Assembly: GCA_951406725.2 (NCBI GenBank)
Contig: OX597824.1
Span: 94,488,001 to 94,552,000 of the forward strand
Source of the DNA: Octopus vulgaris
Taxonomy: Eukaryota
Direction: 5' to 3'
DNA length: 64,000 nucleotides
Part shown: positions 12,426 through 23,541 of the stretch, one piece after another
Position numbering within the stretch: position 1 is the stretch's first letter
Layout: each line of letters begins with the position of its first letter
The notes under the pieces: generated by a model
Told to the model about the DNA's origin: nothing
Databases searched by the model: none
Seen by the model: only the letters and a program-made list of their open reading frames with translations
Position numbers and translations under genes: made by a program

Positions 12426-12513
12426 CTTCTAGACATTCACCAAGACTATCATAATCTGAATAGGTTCGAGTGTCGGGGCTTGACTGAACTTGTACAAGCA
12501 AGATGGTATGTGA
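12426..12513 (-). CDS. ERH: ERH exon 2 (88 nt)
   Basis: Acceptor TCTTTTCCCCTCCATAG| and donor |GTTAGT. Encodes [29 protein letters not shown](G), versus human [30 protein letters not shown]. Confidence 0.97.
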
Positions 12514-13089
12514 CTATGGAGGGGAAAAGAGAGAAAGAAAGAGACACTAAGGTTTCAATTATATTCGGATATGTTGACAGTTAGTTGTATTGAACAGACA
12601 AAGGTCAGTTAAGCCCCAAAAGGTTATCAAAAAAAAAGGGGAAGGCCAATACAGCTTGGCACCAGTGAAGTCGCAACTCATTTCTACGGCTGAGTGAACT
12701 GGAGCAGCGTGAAATAGAGTGTCTTGCTCAAGAACACAACACACACCCCTCCATATGGCTGGGATAAAGAAAGTTCCCCTCCATATGGCTGGGATAAAGC
12801 TAGCTTTTTCTGTTATGTATATTTTGTTTTGTTTTCTGTAAGGGTGAAGCAATAGTGTCGTTGGTTACAGGTTCCCAACAGAGCCATCATTGGTTTACAG
12901 CAATTCTTGAAGACGAAGAGCAGCAAGGGAGTGTCTATAACTTGATGCAGAACTAATATCTCAAGAGACTCAGGGCAGAACAACAGACATCACAGAGGAC
13001 TTACTGGTTTTACGGGCTTTCACAAACATTCATCGACAAAACATAAACCCAGTCATACACACAACGTTTATAGATTCTTTTATTCCATT

Positions 13090-13420
13090 ATTTGTTTTGG
13101 TCATCTGACTGCGGCCATGCTGGAGTACCACTTTTAGTCGAACAAATCAACCCCAGGACTTATTCTATTGGTTTCTTTTGTCGAACCTCTAAGTTACAGG
13201 GACGTAAACACACTAACATCGGTTGTCAAGTGATGGTGGGGGGAAAAACACAGACACACACACATATATATATATGACAGGCTTCTTTCAGTTTCCATCT
13301 ACCAAATCCATTCACAAGGCTATAGTAGAAGACACCTGCCTAAGGTGCCATGCAGCGGGACTGAACCTGGAACCATGTGGCTCGTAAGCAAGCTACTTAC
13401 CACACAGCCACTCCTACGCC
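13090..13420 (-). mobile_element. SINE family B
   Basis: Minus strand begins AGGCGTAGGAGTGGCTGTGTGGTAAGTAGC...CAGGTTCAGTCCC, followed by a CORE-like GGCACCTTAGGCAGGTGTCTT. Confidence 0.8.
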
Positions 13421-14169
13421 TCTTACAATCATCTTTATTTTTTTATTTTTTACTTGTTGCACACATTGGTCAGTGGCCATGCTGGGGCATTGACTTTAGT
13501 CAAAAAACAATCAATCCCAGAACTTATTTCTTAAAAATTTGGTACATACTCTATCAGTCTCTTTTGCAGAACTGCTATGTGGACATAAACAAACCAACAA
13601 TGACCGTCAAGCATTCATGAAGGAGGAAAAATATAAGTACAAAGGCACACACACAAAAAAAGGCTTCCACACAGTTTCCGTCTACCAAATCCATTCACAA
13701 AGCATTGGTCAATCTGGGGCTATTGTAAAAGATATTTTGCCCATGCAGTGGAACTGAACCTGAATCCATGGGGTAGCAAAGCAAACATCTTAACCACACA
13801 TCCATGCCTGTGCCCATATTACAGCAGTTTGCTTTATATAAAGCTTCTACAATAGCTTCATTGGCTAAACATCATCATCATCATCATCAAAATCTTTTAA
13901 CATCTGTTTTTCCATGCTGGCATGTGTTGGATGGTTCGACTGAAGATTGGTAAGCTGTGGAGCAGCACCAGGTTCCAGTCTGATTTGGCAGGGTTTCTAT
14001 GGCTGGATGCCTTTCCTAACACCAACAATGCCCTTAACATAAATGGGGAAAAAATGGCTTCAACCACGGATTACAATCAAAAGATGGTCACAATTACCAT
14101 AGCACTACAATCAAAATGCATGCTGGGTCCTAACACAAACTGGTACTTCTCAGCTAATGCCCAACAGTG

Positions 14170-14500
14170 TCATCATCATCATCATCATCATTATCATCGT
14201 TTAACGTCCATTTTCCATGCTAGCATGGGTTGGACGGTTCGACCAGGGTCGGGGAAGCCAGTAGACTGCTCCAGGCTCCAATCTTGATCAGGCAGTGTTT
14301 CTACAACTGGATGCCCTTTCTAACACCAACCACTCCATGAGTGAAGCGGGTGCCTTTTACGTACCACTGGCACAGGGGCCAGATGAGGCTGGCAACAGCC
14401 ACAATCAGTTGCTGCTTTTTACGTGCCACCAGCACGGATGCCAGTCAAGGCGGCACTAGCATCGGCCACATTCGGATGGTGCTTTTTACGTGCCACCACC
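14170..14500 (-). mobile_element. RTE-type LINE 3' end
   Basis: (CAT)n tail and GGATGCCCTTTCTAACACCAACCACTCC motif. Confidence 0.75.
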
Positions 14501-14644
14501 AACTACAATTTCCATTTTGTATATATATATATATATATACACACATGCCAGTGGTACATAAAGGCACCCCAGTGTCATTGTAGGAAATTATTTTTCCCCC
14601 CATATCTAATATTTGTAAAAAAGAATTTTATGGTTGGGTTGCTT

Positions 14645-15009
14645 GAAATCAAAATTGAAATCGATCAACATCAATGGAACTTGTAGCTGTGATACCAGTG
14701 CCGGTGGCACATAAGAGAACCATACGAACGTGGCCGTTGCCAGTGCCGCCCTGACTGGCCCCCGTGCCGGTGGCACGTAAAAAGCACCAACCGATCGTGG
14801 CCGTTGCCAGCCTCCCCTGACACCTGTGCCGGTGGCATGTAAAAAGCACCCACTACACTCACGGAGTGGTTGGCATTAGGAAGGGCATCCAGCCGTAGAA
14901 ACATTGCCAGATCAGACTGGGCCTGGTGCAGCCGCCTGGCTTCCCAGACCCCAGCTGAACCATCCAACCCATGCTAGGATGGAAAGCGGACATTAAACGA
15001 TGATGATGA

Positions 15010-15010
<1 letters not shown>
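14645..15010 (+). mobile_element. RTE-type LINE 3' end (inverted relative to 14170-14500)
   Basis: GTGCCGGTGGCAC repeats, GGAAGGGCATCCAGCCGTAGAAAC and a (GAT)n tail. Confidence 0.8.
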
Positions 15011-15049
<39 letters not shown>

Positions 15050-15349
15050 AGAGATTCCATACAGTTTCCGTCTACCAAATGCATTCACAAGGCGTTGATG
15101 AGTCCAGAAATATAGTAGGGGTCACTTGCCACCCATGATGCTGCATAGCAAGTTTGAACCAGAAACCACGGGTTGCAATGCAAGATGCTAAATCACACAG
15201 CTCTCCTCTCGAATGTGACACAAGTGATTAAGTGTGAATCAAGACAAAATCACTTTCATGCTAGCAGACGTTGGGCAATGTTATCACAAAGAAACATTCA
15301 AATTTTTGGGAAAGACTTCCTTCTGTACATAACCATAAAATTTTTTTTT

Positions 15350-16055
15350 ACAAATATTAGACATGAGGGAAAAGTAATTTCCTACCATGTCTTATAATGA
15401 TGAGAAAGTCATAAAAATTAAGAATTTCTATTAAAAAAACTTTATTTTTGTGTTATGATTATTCATGTCCAAAGGTTAGGCAAATTTTGGCTTTAACGTT
15501 AGGCAAACTGGGACATAAATATATGTAATACAGAAATTAATATTTTTTTTAAATAAAAATTCTTAAGTTTTATAACTTTCTCATTATTATAAAACATGGC
15601 AGGAAATTAAGGATCTTTTCGGTTTGAGCGGCAGTTTTTTCTAGCGGTGTCATATGAAATTGTCACCCATAATTATGACCCTAGTATCAATCTATTGCAT
15701 TTCAATCTGTTTTAGGTTAGTTAGGGTTAGGGGTGGGGGAAGGTTATCTTTTTTTTCTTCACAAATGTAAATAAACCCAATCTGTTTCTTAAACGAGGGA
15801 CATATTCATACGGCATAGAATGTTTTCACCTCAATAGACGTCATTGATTGGTTGAAATTGTAGAAATTGAAGAAAAAAGACAACAAATATCTTACAAACT
15901 ATAGAATTTTCTCAATAAAGCCAAGAGAAAAAGATGTTTTATAAACACATTCTACCAGTATACGAAGTTTAAAAGTGTTTAGTTACATGGAAATTATTTT
16001 TAAAAACTGCTATTCAAACCGAAAAGATCCGAAATTAATTTTCCATCACGTCTTT
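15350..16055. mobile_element. Old AT-rich foldback MITE, split by a younger MITE
   Basis: AATTTCCTACCATGTCTTATAATGATGAGAAAGTCATAAAA pairs with TTTTATAACTTTCTCATTATTATAAAACATGGCAGGAAATT. Confidence 0.55.
15611..16030. mobile_element. ~420-bp MITE with GG-start TIRs and 8-bp TSD (Merlin-like)
   Basis: TIRs GGATCTTTTCGGTTTGA(G/A)CGGCAGTTTTT. TSD GAAATTAA at 15603-15610 and 16031-16038. Contains an internal TTAGGGTTAGGG. Confidence 0.8.
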
Positions 16056-17374
16056 TTTTTTTTTTTTTTAATTTTATGGGGTGGGTCCGAAAGAAAAATC
16101 TTTCCAGTCTTTGATAAACAATATGTTGAAACTTAAAGAAATTAGATATTGTATATTTTCTTCGTCTATCTCCATTCATTTTGTTAAGTTTTAACCTGCT
16201 GGGTAACAACGAAGAAGCTTCTACAAAGGTTTGTATTCATAAACGCGAGAAAATCATAACAAGACATTTACGCATTTTCAAGAACTTCAACGAAGTCCAA
16301 AGTGAAAGTGAATTTATCCACGATGGGAGCCGAAGGTTCGTAAATTGACAGAAGAGTGACAGCGTTGGATAAAATACCTGCTGTGTTGTTGCGTTAGGCC
16401 CTCTGTGTTTAGAGTTGAAATCCTATCGATATCAGGTGTCTTTTTTGTTATCGAGAAATCGATGAGGATATAGTTCGATCGCAAAAACCACCCCAGGAAA
16501 AGGTTTCCGATCAAGATGTAAGGGAAGATAACTCTTATTACAAGACAAATCCCAGATGGAAATGGAAATTTTTAGTCTTAATTCTTCAGCTCAACCTACA
16601 CAAACACACATTCACACTTTACACGAGGTAACGAGAAGGATTTCACATGGTTACACGACTTGCTAGGAATAGCAGCCTAATTTTCTTGGGCCAAAAAAAA
16701 AAGAATAATGTGCGAAGGGCGGACTTTCAGAATGGCTTATCCCACAGGATTTTCCAAAGTTTTATCTCTTTTTTTATCACACATTTCAAAACAATTGCCC
16801 AGGGTGGAACGTCCCCCCTTCGAAACTGTCGAATAGAATGTTCCTCGAAGTTCCATGCTCCATAAGAACGGAAAAAGAATACTTTTTTTTTATTCATTTC
16901 ATTAATTTTAATATTCTTGTTTCACAGAATGGAAATTAAGATTCCAAAACAGAAAGAAAAAATCCCAACATTACAATATTTTTATATTCGCTCCCCGGCC
17001 CCTACTTTCGGACCCCTTTTCCTCTTCCATGAAGCATGGGACTTCGTTTGACGGGGAACAGCTATTCCATAACTACGCCGCAAAAAAAGGGAGGGGCGAG
17101 GGTCATGGTTAGATCGCTTTTGACCGTAAGTTTGTTAGACGAGGACCGAGTCTGGGATAATCTAGAACTAAAAAAAAAACACACACGCTTTAGAAATAAT
17201 TAAAATGAAATACATTTAATTAAATTATAAAGCTAATGAGGTAAGCATCCGAAATGAAACGACGCTTTTACGTAGCCATGTGTGCGTATTTATGTTGACA
17301 TATAAAGGTCATGCAAGGAACACTGACTGACGGGTTTTAATTCAATAAACAAAAGCCAAACTACATATATACAC

Positions 17375-17948
17375 GGTACTGCTTGGGAACAGTGGTCCCG
17401 GTGCGCGCACTCGCGTAGTCGCACTAGCTAGTCGTGACTAGTCGATCCTTACTTTGTGTTTTATTTACTTTGTTTAACAAAAATTATTTATTTTGTGTTT
17501 TATTTACTCTTTGCTAGGTTAGTCGTTGTAGGATCGACTAGTCACGACTAGCTAGCGCGACTAAGCGAGTGCGCGCACCGGGACCACTGTTCTCGAGTAA
17601 ATAAAACATAAAATAAATAATTTTTTTTACACAAAGTAAATCATTTTTGGCGTAACTTCGGTATAGGTACCGGAAGTGGCGGATACATTTCAAGAAAGTG
17701 TTTTTTTATATATATATATATATATGGGGGGTTAGGGTTAGGGGTGGGAGAAAAGGGTTTCTGTTATCTTCAGAAATGTAAACAAAGCTACTTACGGTAC
17801 CTATACCGAAGGATCGCCAATTTTTTTTTTAAACAAAGTAAATAAAACACAGTAAACACAAAGTAAGGATCGACTAGTCGCGACTAGCTAGCGCGGTTGC
17901 TCGAGTACGCGAGTGCGCGCACCGGGACCGCTGTTCTCAAGTAGCACC
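17375..17948. mobile_element. CpG-rich long-TIR foldback element with an extra internal inverted arm
   Basis: Left arm GGTACTGCTTGGGAACAGTGGTCCCGGTGCGCGCACTCGC...GACTAGTCGATCCT. Its reverse complement occurs at ~17530-17595 and again at ~17865-17948. Confidence 0.8.
17649..17818. mobile_element. Small nested MITE with GG-start TIRs
   Basis: GGCGTAACTTCGGTATAGGTACCGGAAGT ... ACTTACGGTACCTATACCGAAGGATCGCC, with an internal GGTTAGGGTTAGGGG. Confidence 0.7.
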
Positions 17949-18007
17949 TATATATATATATACACATGTGTATAAAAACGTCATAGTACAAAATGTTGTG
18001 AGCTTAC

Positions 18008-18070
18008 ATTGGTTTTTAGGTTTGGATTAAGATAATGATATTTGTCGCTGATGCGGGGATGTCCTGCCAT
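18008..18070 (-). CDS. ERH: Probable ERH exon 1 coding part (MAGHPRISDKYHYLNPNLKTN)
   Basis: GGAAG-ATG-G has good Kozak context and an in-frame TAG upstream. It gives 21 open codons, then donor |GTAAGC in phase 0, which matches the phase-0 acceptor of exon 2. The peptide itself has no homology support. Confidence 0.55.
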
Positions 18071-18230
18071 CTTCCACCGGGACGGGGGGGGTCGTCCTCG
18101 GCGCACTTGCTAATTGCTTAGGAATTATCTCCACTATATTTCTACTGTCAGCATGGAGATAATACGGAAATGGAATTAGGATAGGATTTGAGACGGATCG
18201 GGCTGCTTGCTGCGAGGAGCTAGGAATGGT
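18060..18230. promoter_or_regulatory. Probable bidirectional promoter / divergent first exons of ERH and SLC39A9
   Basis: Unique CpG-containing GC-rich patch between a minus-strand donor (18007) and a plus-strand donor (18229). Contains a YY1-like GCCATCTT at 18066-18072 and the 10-bp dyad ATTATCTCCA/TGGAGATAAT. Confidence 0.55.
18150..18228 (+). other. SLC39A9: Candidate 5'-UTR first exon of SLC39A9 (start position approximate)
   Basis: Strong donor ATG|GTAAGA at 18229. The SLC39A9 coding exon is preceded by an acceptor (TTTAG| at 34641), so an upstream exon is expected. Confidence 0.4.
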
Positions 18231-18644
18231 AAGAACCACCGTCCATCGAGATGCTCTTTTAGGAACGACATAGATAAACAGAGACGGGGAAACGGAAAAC
18301 AGAAAACGTGGAAATCTCGTTCGTTCGAGAGAGAAAGACAAAAATAAACTTTATTTTTTAAATGGGTAAAAATTTCGATGAGATATATTTTTGTTTTAGA
18401 TTGGATTTCTTTTTTGTTGTGTATTCCTTTCTTCTTTTCTTTGTTTTTAAATTAGATTAATATTTATCGTTTTTTTTTTTTTTCCTCTGCGTAGCGAGAT
18501 TTCATATTTCCGTCCTATCGAAGAAGTTCCGATGTTATCAGACCTGCTAGAAATAGCAGTCCAATCTCTCTCAAATCCAGGAGTGCCAATTTATTTTCGA
18601 CTAGGCCTAGCTATTTTTAGAATAGTACTCCTCACAGAGGATCC

Positions 18645-18742
18645 GATCTTTTCACTTTGACCGGCAGATTTTTTTAATAATTTCTTTGTAACTAAACACT
18701 TTTAAACTTCGTATACTGGTAGAATGTGTTTATAAAACATCT
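18645..18742. mobile_element. Truncated copy of the Merlin-like MITE
   Basis: GATCTTTTCACTTTGACCGGCAG...AAACTTCGTATACTGGTAGAATGTGTTTATAAAACATC. Confidence 0.7.
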
Positions 18743-19338
18743 TACGGATAGCTTGGAATTTAACATTATTTTCAAGATATAGTAGCGGGTTTTAGTGACC
18801 TTTTTTTAATATATAATAATTTTATATTTGAAAATATAAATGCAATTATATAGTTTTGCACAGTTTCGCTCCTAGAGTGTTTCGTTTTTCACCAAAGCGA
18901 CTCCGCATTTTTGCTTACCTTATCAACCTGTAGTACCGTGTACGTGGTTTCTCATAACAGCCAAAACCCCCTCGGTAAATAGTAGACATGCAATCAAGTA
19001 ACCAAGTCGTGCCTTGATTAGGGAGGGAAAATTCTTTCGTTTTAAGTACGTGTCTGCGTGAAATCAAAATAATTGGATGAGGGAGAGATACAAAAATAGA
19101 CTTGGATATTCTGATTGAGCGGAACGAATACGTATATATTTATGAGTCACTTATTGGTAGTTAATTTAATATTTTCTCAAGTTAAATATTTTCTAGTTCA
19201 TTTTTATAACTTCCTTGAAATATTTTGTCATTATTATTATTGTTTCGGGGTTGTTTTATTGGTAATCCTTCCGATTAACGATTGTTTTGTTACAGAACCA
19301 ATTTGTAACGTGTATATAAAAGTGTAGCAGTGTGACTA

Positions 19339-20560
19339 TTATTTTGCGGGATGTCTCGGGATGTCGCTCAATTTTCGCAGCAAGGGCTCAAGAGCCATTA
19401 CATACAAAAGAGAGGAGAGCGGACTCCCTTGACGAACCAAGCGTTTGATGCTGAACGGCGTAGATAAAAGGCCGTTCACCCGAACTACCGAGTCGATGTT
19501 GTGATAAATTTCAATGAACCACCTGAGGAAGCCAAGACTCAGGCCGAACCGCGCCAGAACGGACACCAGAAAATGATGGTCGACCCTGTCAAAAGCCTTT
19601 GATTGGTCTAAATGGAACACTGCCCCTCCCTTGCCAGAATCGTTATTAAATCCCTCTTCAGTGTACCGTATAAGATGGAGATTATCCTGGATGCTTCTAC
19701 CGGGAATGGCACATGTCTGTGCCTTCCCGATCAAGCCATCCGCAACACGCGCCAATCTTTTCGATAACACTTTGGCCAAAATTTTCAACTCTGTGTTTAG
19801 CAGAGTTCAGGTCCTTTCTGACAAGTGTCACCCCCTCCTCGGTGCACAGATATAGGAATGAACCCATTCTGCTGCCAATTCGTGTAGATATTCGCCAGCA
19901 GGTGCCCGAACAAGTCTGGCATAGTCTTATACAGTTCATTGGGTAGACCATCCAGTCATGGCGCCTTATGCACACCGCAGTCCGCTATAGCTTCAATTAC
20001 TTCCTCAGGCGTGATTGGCCCTTCCCAACACTCCGCGCCCTGCTCCGAAAGGCATGGCAGCCTGGCGAGGAAGTCCATTAGATTCCTCTTACTGTTCGGT
20101 CCGCTTCCCCTACCCCGAAAAGCTAGGTGAAGTGCTCCTGAAAGACCTCACACATCTTCTCAGGCTTGTTTATCAACTTACCTCGTTGGTTCGTCAAAGA
20201 TCGAATTGTGCCATCGTTTCCACGTTGGGCTTCCACCAGTCGGGCCCATCCTGCGGCCTTGTTTCCTTCACAACCCAATGCACGAATCCTAGCTCTGACA
20301 ATGCAACCCATATGTTGGGCTTCGAGGTGCTGGTTTAACGCCACTCTCTTGGCCGTAACCTGAGCTGCGGAGCCAGATTCCATTGCTTCCCCTAAGTCCT
20401 TAGCAAATCCTAATCACTTCCTAATCTCTCTAGCCAATAAACTTGTGCTATATGTAATAGACTCAAATTTAATGGCTCGATTGAGGGCAGAGCACCATTT
20501 GTTATTAACAGCAGATCCGGTTAATGCCCTCTGAATCAGTAACTTAATCCAGTCTCTGAA
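19339..20560 (-). mobile_element. L1/Tx1-clade LINE ORF2 (reverse transcriptase) relic
   Basis: KILAKVLSKRL...QTCAIPGRSIQDNLHLIR...LDQSKAFDRVDH...VRQGSPLSSLLYVMALEPLLR. Upstream frameshifted segments include GCIVRARIRAL and MCEVFQEHF. Confidence 0.9.
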
Positions 20561-21009
20561 TGGATGTGGGTGAGATGCAGACGTATTGCAAAATAAGGCA
20601 GTAGATGCATAATAGAGATGCATGTGCATGAGTGCAATAGAGCTTGCAAGGCTGAGGCTAATGCTAGTGATTAATGCAGTATGGCTGAGGCTGCCGGCCA
20701 GTGCATGAGGTATTATATGCCTCGATCATGCAGGAACAAAAGTGTGGCATCCTGGCGCATTGTGAAGGACAAACAACTTTCTCTATGTATGCGTGACCGA
20801 CCTAGGGTCTTACAGAGATAAGTTGTGTCTACAAGGGCGCATTGAGCATGGAAAACAAGCGAGATATGAATTGTGTGGTGCATGAATGTGACAGAGATAC
20901 CATTTGTGTGTGTATGAACCATGTGTACAAGTGCGTGCACAAGGCCAGGCGCTGAGGAAAGGTGCAAATAAACAAAAATAACAAACTTAGCTGAAAATAG
21001 TGTCCTTTG

Positions 21010-21150
21010 TCTAGTACTTATTCTATCGGTCTCTTTTGCCAAACTGCTAAGTTACGGAGATATAAACACACCAACATCGGTTGTCAAGTGATGTTGGGGG
21101 GACAAACACAGATACACAACACACACACACATACACACACACACGCGCAC

Positions 21151-21191
<41 letters not shown>

Positions 21192-21362
21192 TATATACGA
21201 CAGGTTTCTTTCAGTTTCCGTCTACCAAATCCACTCACAAGGCTTTGGTCAGACCGAGGCTATAGAAGCAGACACTTGCCCAAGGTGCCACGCAGTGGGA
21301 CTGAACCCGGAACCATGTGGTTGGTAAGCAAGCTACTTACAACACAGCCACCCCTGCGCCTA
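21010..21362 (-). mobile_element. SINE family B
   Basis: Head and CORE-like GGCACCTTGGGCAAGTGTC on the minus strand, with an internal (CA)n. Confidence 0.85.
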
Positions 21363-21802
21363 CATATAGCTTTAAAAAATTTTTGAATATTCATTTATAA
21401 TTTCTTCAAAGTAATATGACTTTTTTTAATAACATGTGTGTGTGTGGAATAAACTGGACACAGTCCCACACTTCTTTAATCATTATATTATAGATATACA
21501 TAATTGCATTCTACATTTATTAGTTCCATGTTTCAGTAGCTTTGTCACCATGTATGACTCTTACACTTAATATAGGTGTGACGTGAAAAAGATGGGTGCT
21601 GGTTTGGTGTGTGATCTACAAGGGAGATTACTTTAGGTTAGTTTTTGATTTACTTTTCAATTTCTAAAAACCCGTTAGATGTTGGCTAAAGATTTTTACG
21701 ATCAATGACATCATTTCAACCAATCAATGACATTTCTGAAGAAAAAAAGATGGCAGTTGCATTTTTAGAAGAAACCAGGACTAAATTCACATCATTTCTT
21801 AA

Positions 21803-22029
21803 CTCTTTTACTCTTTTACTTGTTTCAATCATTTGACTGCGGGCCATGCTGGAACACTGTCTTTAGTCGAGAAAATCGCCCCCAGGACTTATTCTTTGTA
21901 AGCCTAGTACTTATTCTATCGGTCTCTTTTGCCGCACCGATAAGTTACGGGGACGCAAACACACCAGCATCGGTTATCAAGCAATGTTGGGGGACAAACA
22001 CAGACACACAAACACATACGCATGGATAC

Positions 22030-22087
<58 letters not shown>

Positions 22088-22247
22088 GGCTTCTTTCAGT
22101 TTCCATCTACTAAATCCACTCACAAGGCTTTGGTCGGCCCGAGGCTATAGTAGAAGACACTTGCCCAAGGTGTCATGCAGTGGGACTGAACCCGGAACCA
22201 TGAGGTTCGTAAGCAAGCTACTTACCACACAGCCATTCCTACGCCTA
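21803..22247 (-). mobile_element. SINE family B, full length
   Basis: Runs from the ACTCTTTT tail to the CCTACGCCT head. Confidence 0.85.
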
Positions 22248-22669
22248 CATGGGATAAAAATTTAGCACCGAGATCGATGTGTTCGACTAAAGCCTTTCAA
22301 GGCGGTGCTCTAGCATGGTCGTACTCCAATGACTGAAGCGAGTAAAAGAAAAACAACAAAAAATTTTTCTTCTTCTTCTTCCTATTTCGTTTCACATAAA
22401 GTACGAGAGGTAATTCCGGTCATATTTATATTTTATTTTGACGCCATCAGTCTACCATAATATTGCCGAAACGTATATACGACCGTTTATTTAGAGCTTA
22501 AATAATTCTGCATTCTGGAAATGTACATACAATTGTTTATTTAGATCTTAAATAATTCCAAACCTCCATCCATATGATAAACTTGAGCTAAGTATATGTC
22601 AACATTGTTTAGAACCATAAATGTGGTGAAAAAGAATATAATAAATAAAACAATTAGTCGATAAGGGGA

Positions 22670-22714
22670 ATATTATTATTATTATCATCATCATCATTAT
22701 TATTATTATTATTA

Positions 22715-22787
<73 letters not shown>

Positions 22788-22789
22788 CA

Positions 22790-22836
<47 letters not shown>

Positions 22837-22848
22837 TATTATTTTTTA

Positions 22849-22947
<99 letters not shown>

Positions 22948-22955
22948 TATTATTA

Positions 22956-23004
<49 letters not shown>

Positions 23005-23005
23005 T
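22670..23005. repeat. (ATT)n microsatellite
   Basis: Long imperfect ATT run. Confidence 0.95.
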
Positions 23006-23095
23006 TCAATATATTTTGTTCTCGGCATCTACAAAATATTCCTTTCTCTGTGTGCAAGGCTTCATAGTTTTAGGAAAGCTTTTTGAGGAAAAACA

Positions 23096-23506
23096 GGATC
23101 TTTTCAGTTTGAACGGCAGTTTTTAACATAATTTCTAGGTAACTAAAAAATTTTAAACTTCGTATACTGGTAGAATGTGTTTATAAAACATCTTTTTCTC
23201 TAGGCTTTATTGAGAAAATTCTATAGTTTGTAAGATATTTGTTGTTGTTTTTTCTTCAATTTCTGCAATTTCAACCAATCAGTGACGTCTATTGAGGTGA
23301 AAACATTCTGTGCCGTATGAATATGTCCCTCGTTTAAGAAACAGATTGGGTTTATTTACATTTGTGAAGAAAAAAAGATACCCTTCCCCCCACCCCTAAC
23401 CCTAAAACAGATTGAAATGCAATAGATCGATACTAGGGTCATAATTATGGGTGACAATTTCATATGACGCCGCTAGAAAAAACTGCCGTTCAAACCAAAA
23501 AGATCC
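23096..23506. mobile_element. Merlin-like MITE (opposite orientation to 15611 copy)
   Basis: GGATCTTTTCAGTTTGAACGGCAG ... CTGCCGTTCAAACCAAAAAGATCC. Flanked by a long direct duplication instead of an 8-bp TSD. Confidence 0.85.

Positions 23507-23541
<35 letters not shown>

Noticed and set aside
14094-14100. Minus-strand ATG|GTAATT as canonical ERH exon 1
   Set aside because: It lies between RTE relics with no promoter-like context. It is not formally excluded, but it is much weaker than the 18.0-kb candidate.
15380-15390. Minus-strand ATG|GTAGGA as ERH exon 1
   Set aside because: It is inside the arm of an AT-rich foldback MITE.
18027-18341. 104-aa ORF over the promoter region
   Set aside because: It has a non-ATG start, is in a different frame from the ERH-compatible ATG, and has no recognisable homology.
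18910-18960. Minus-strand donor AAG|GTAAGC as a coding ERH first exon
   Set aside because: There is no in-frame ATG before an upstream stop. At most it is a non-coding alternative exon, and nothing supports it.
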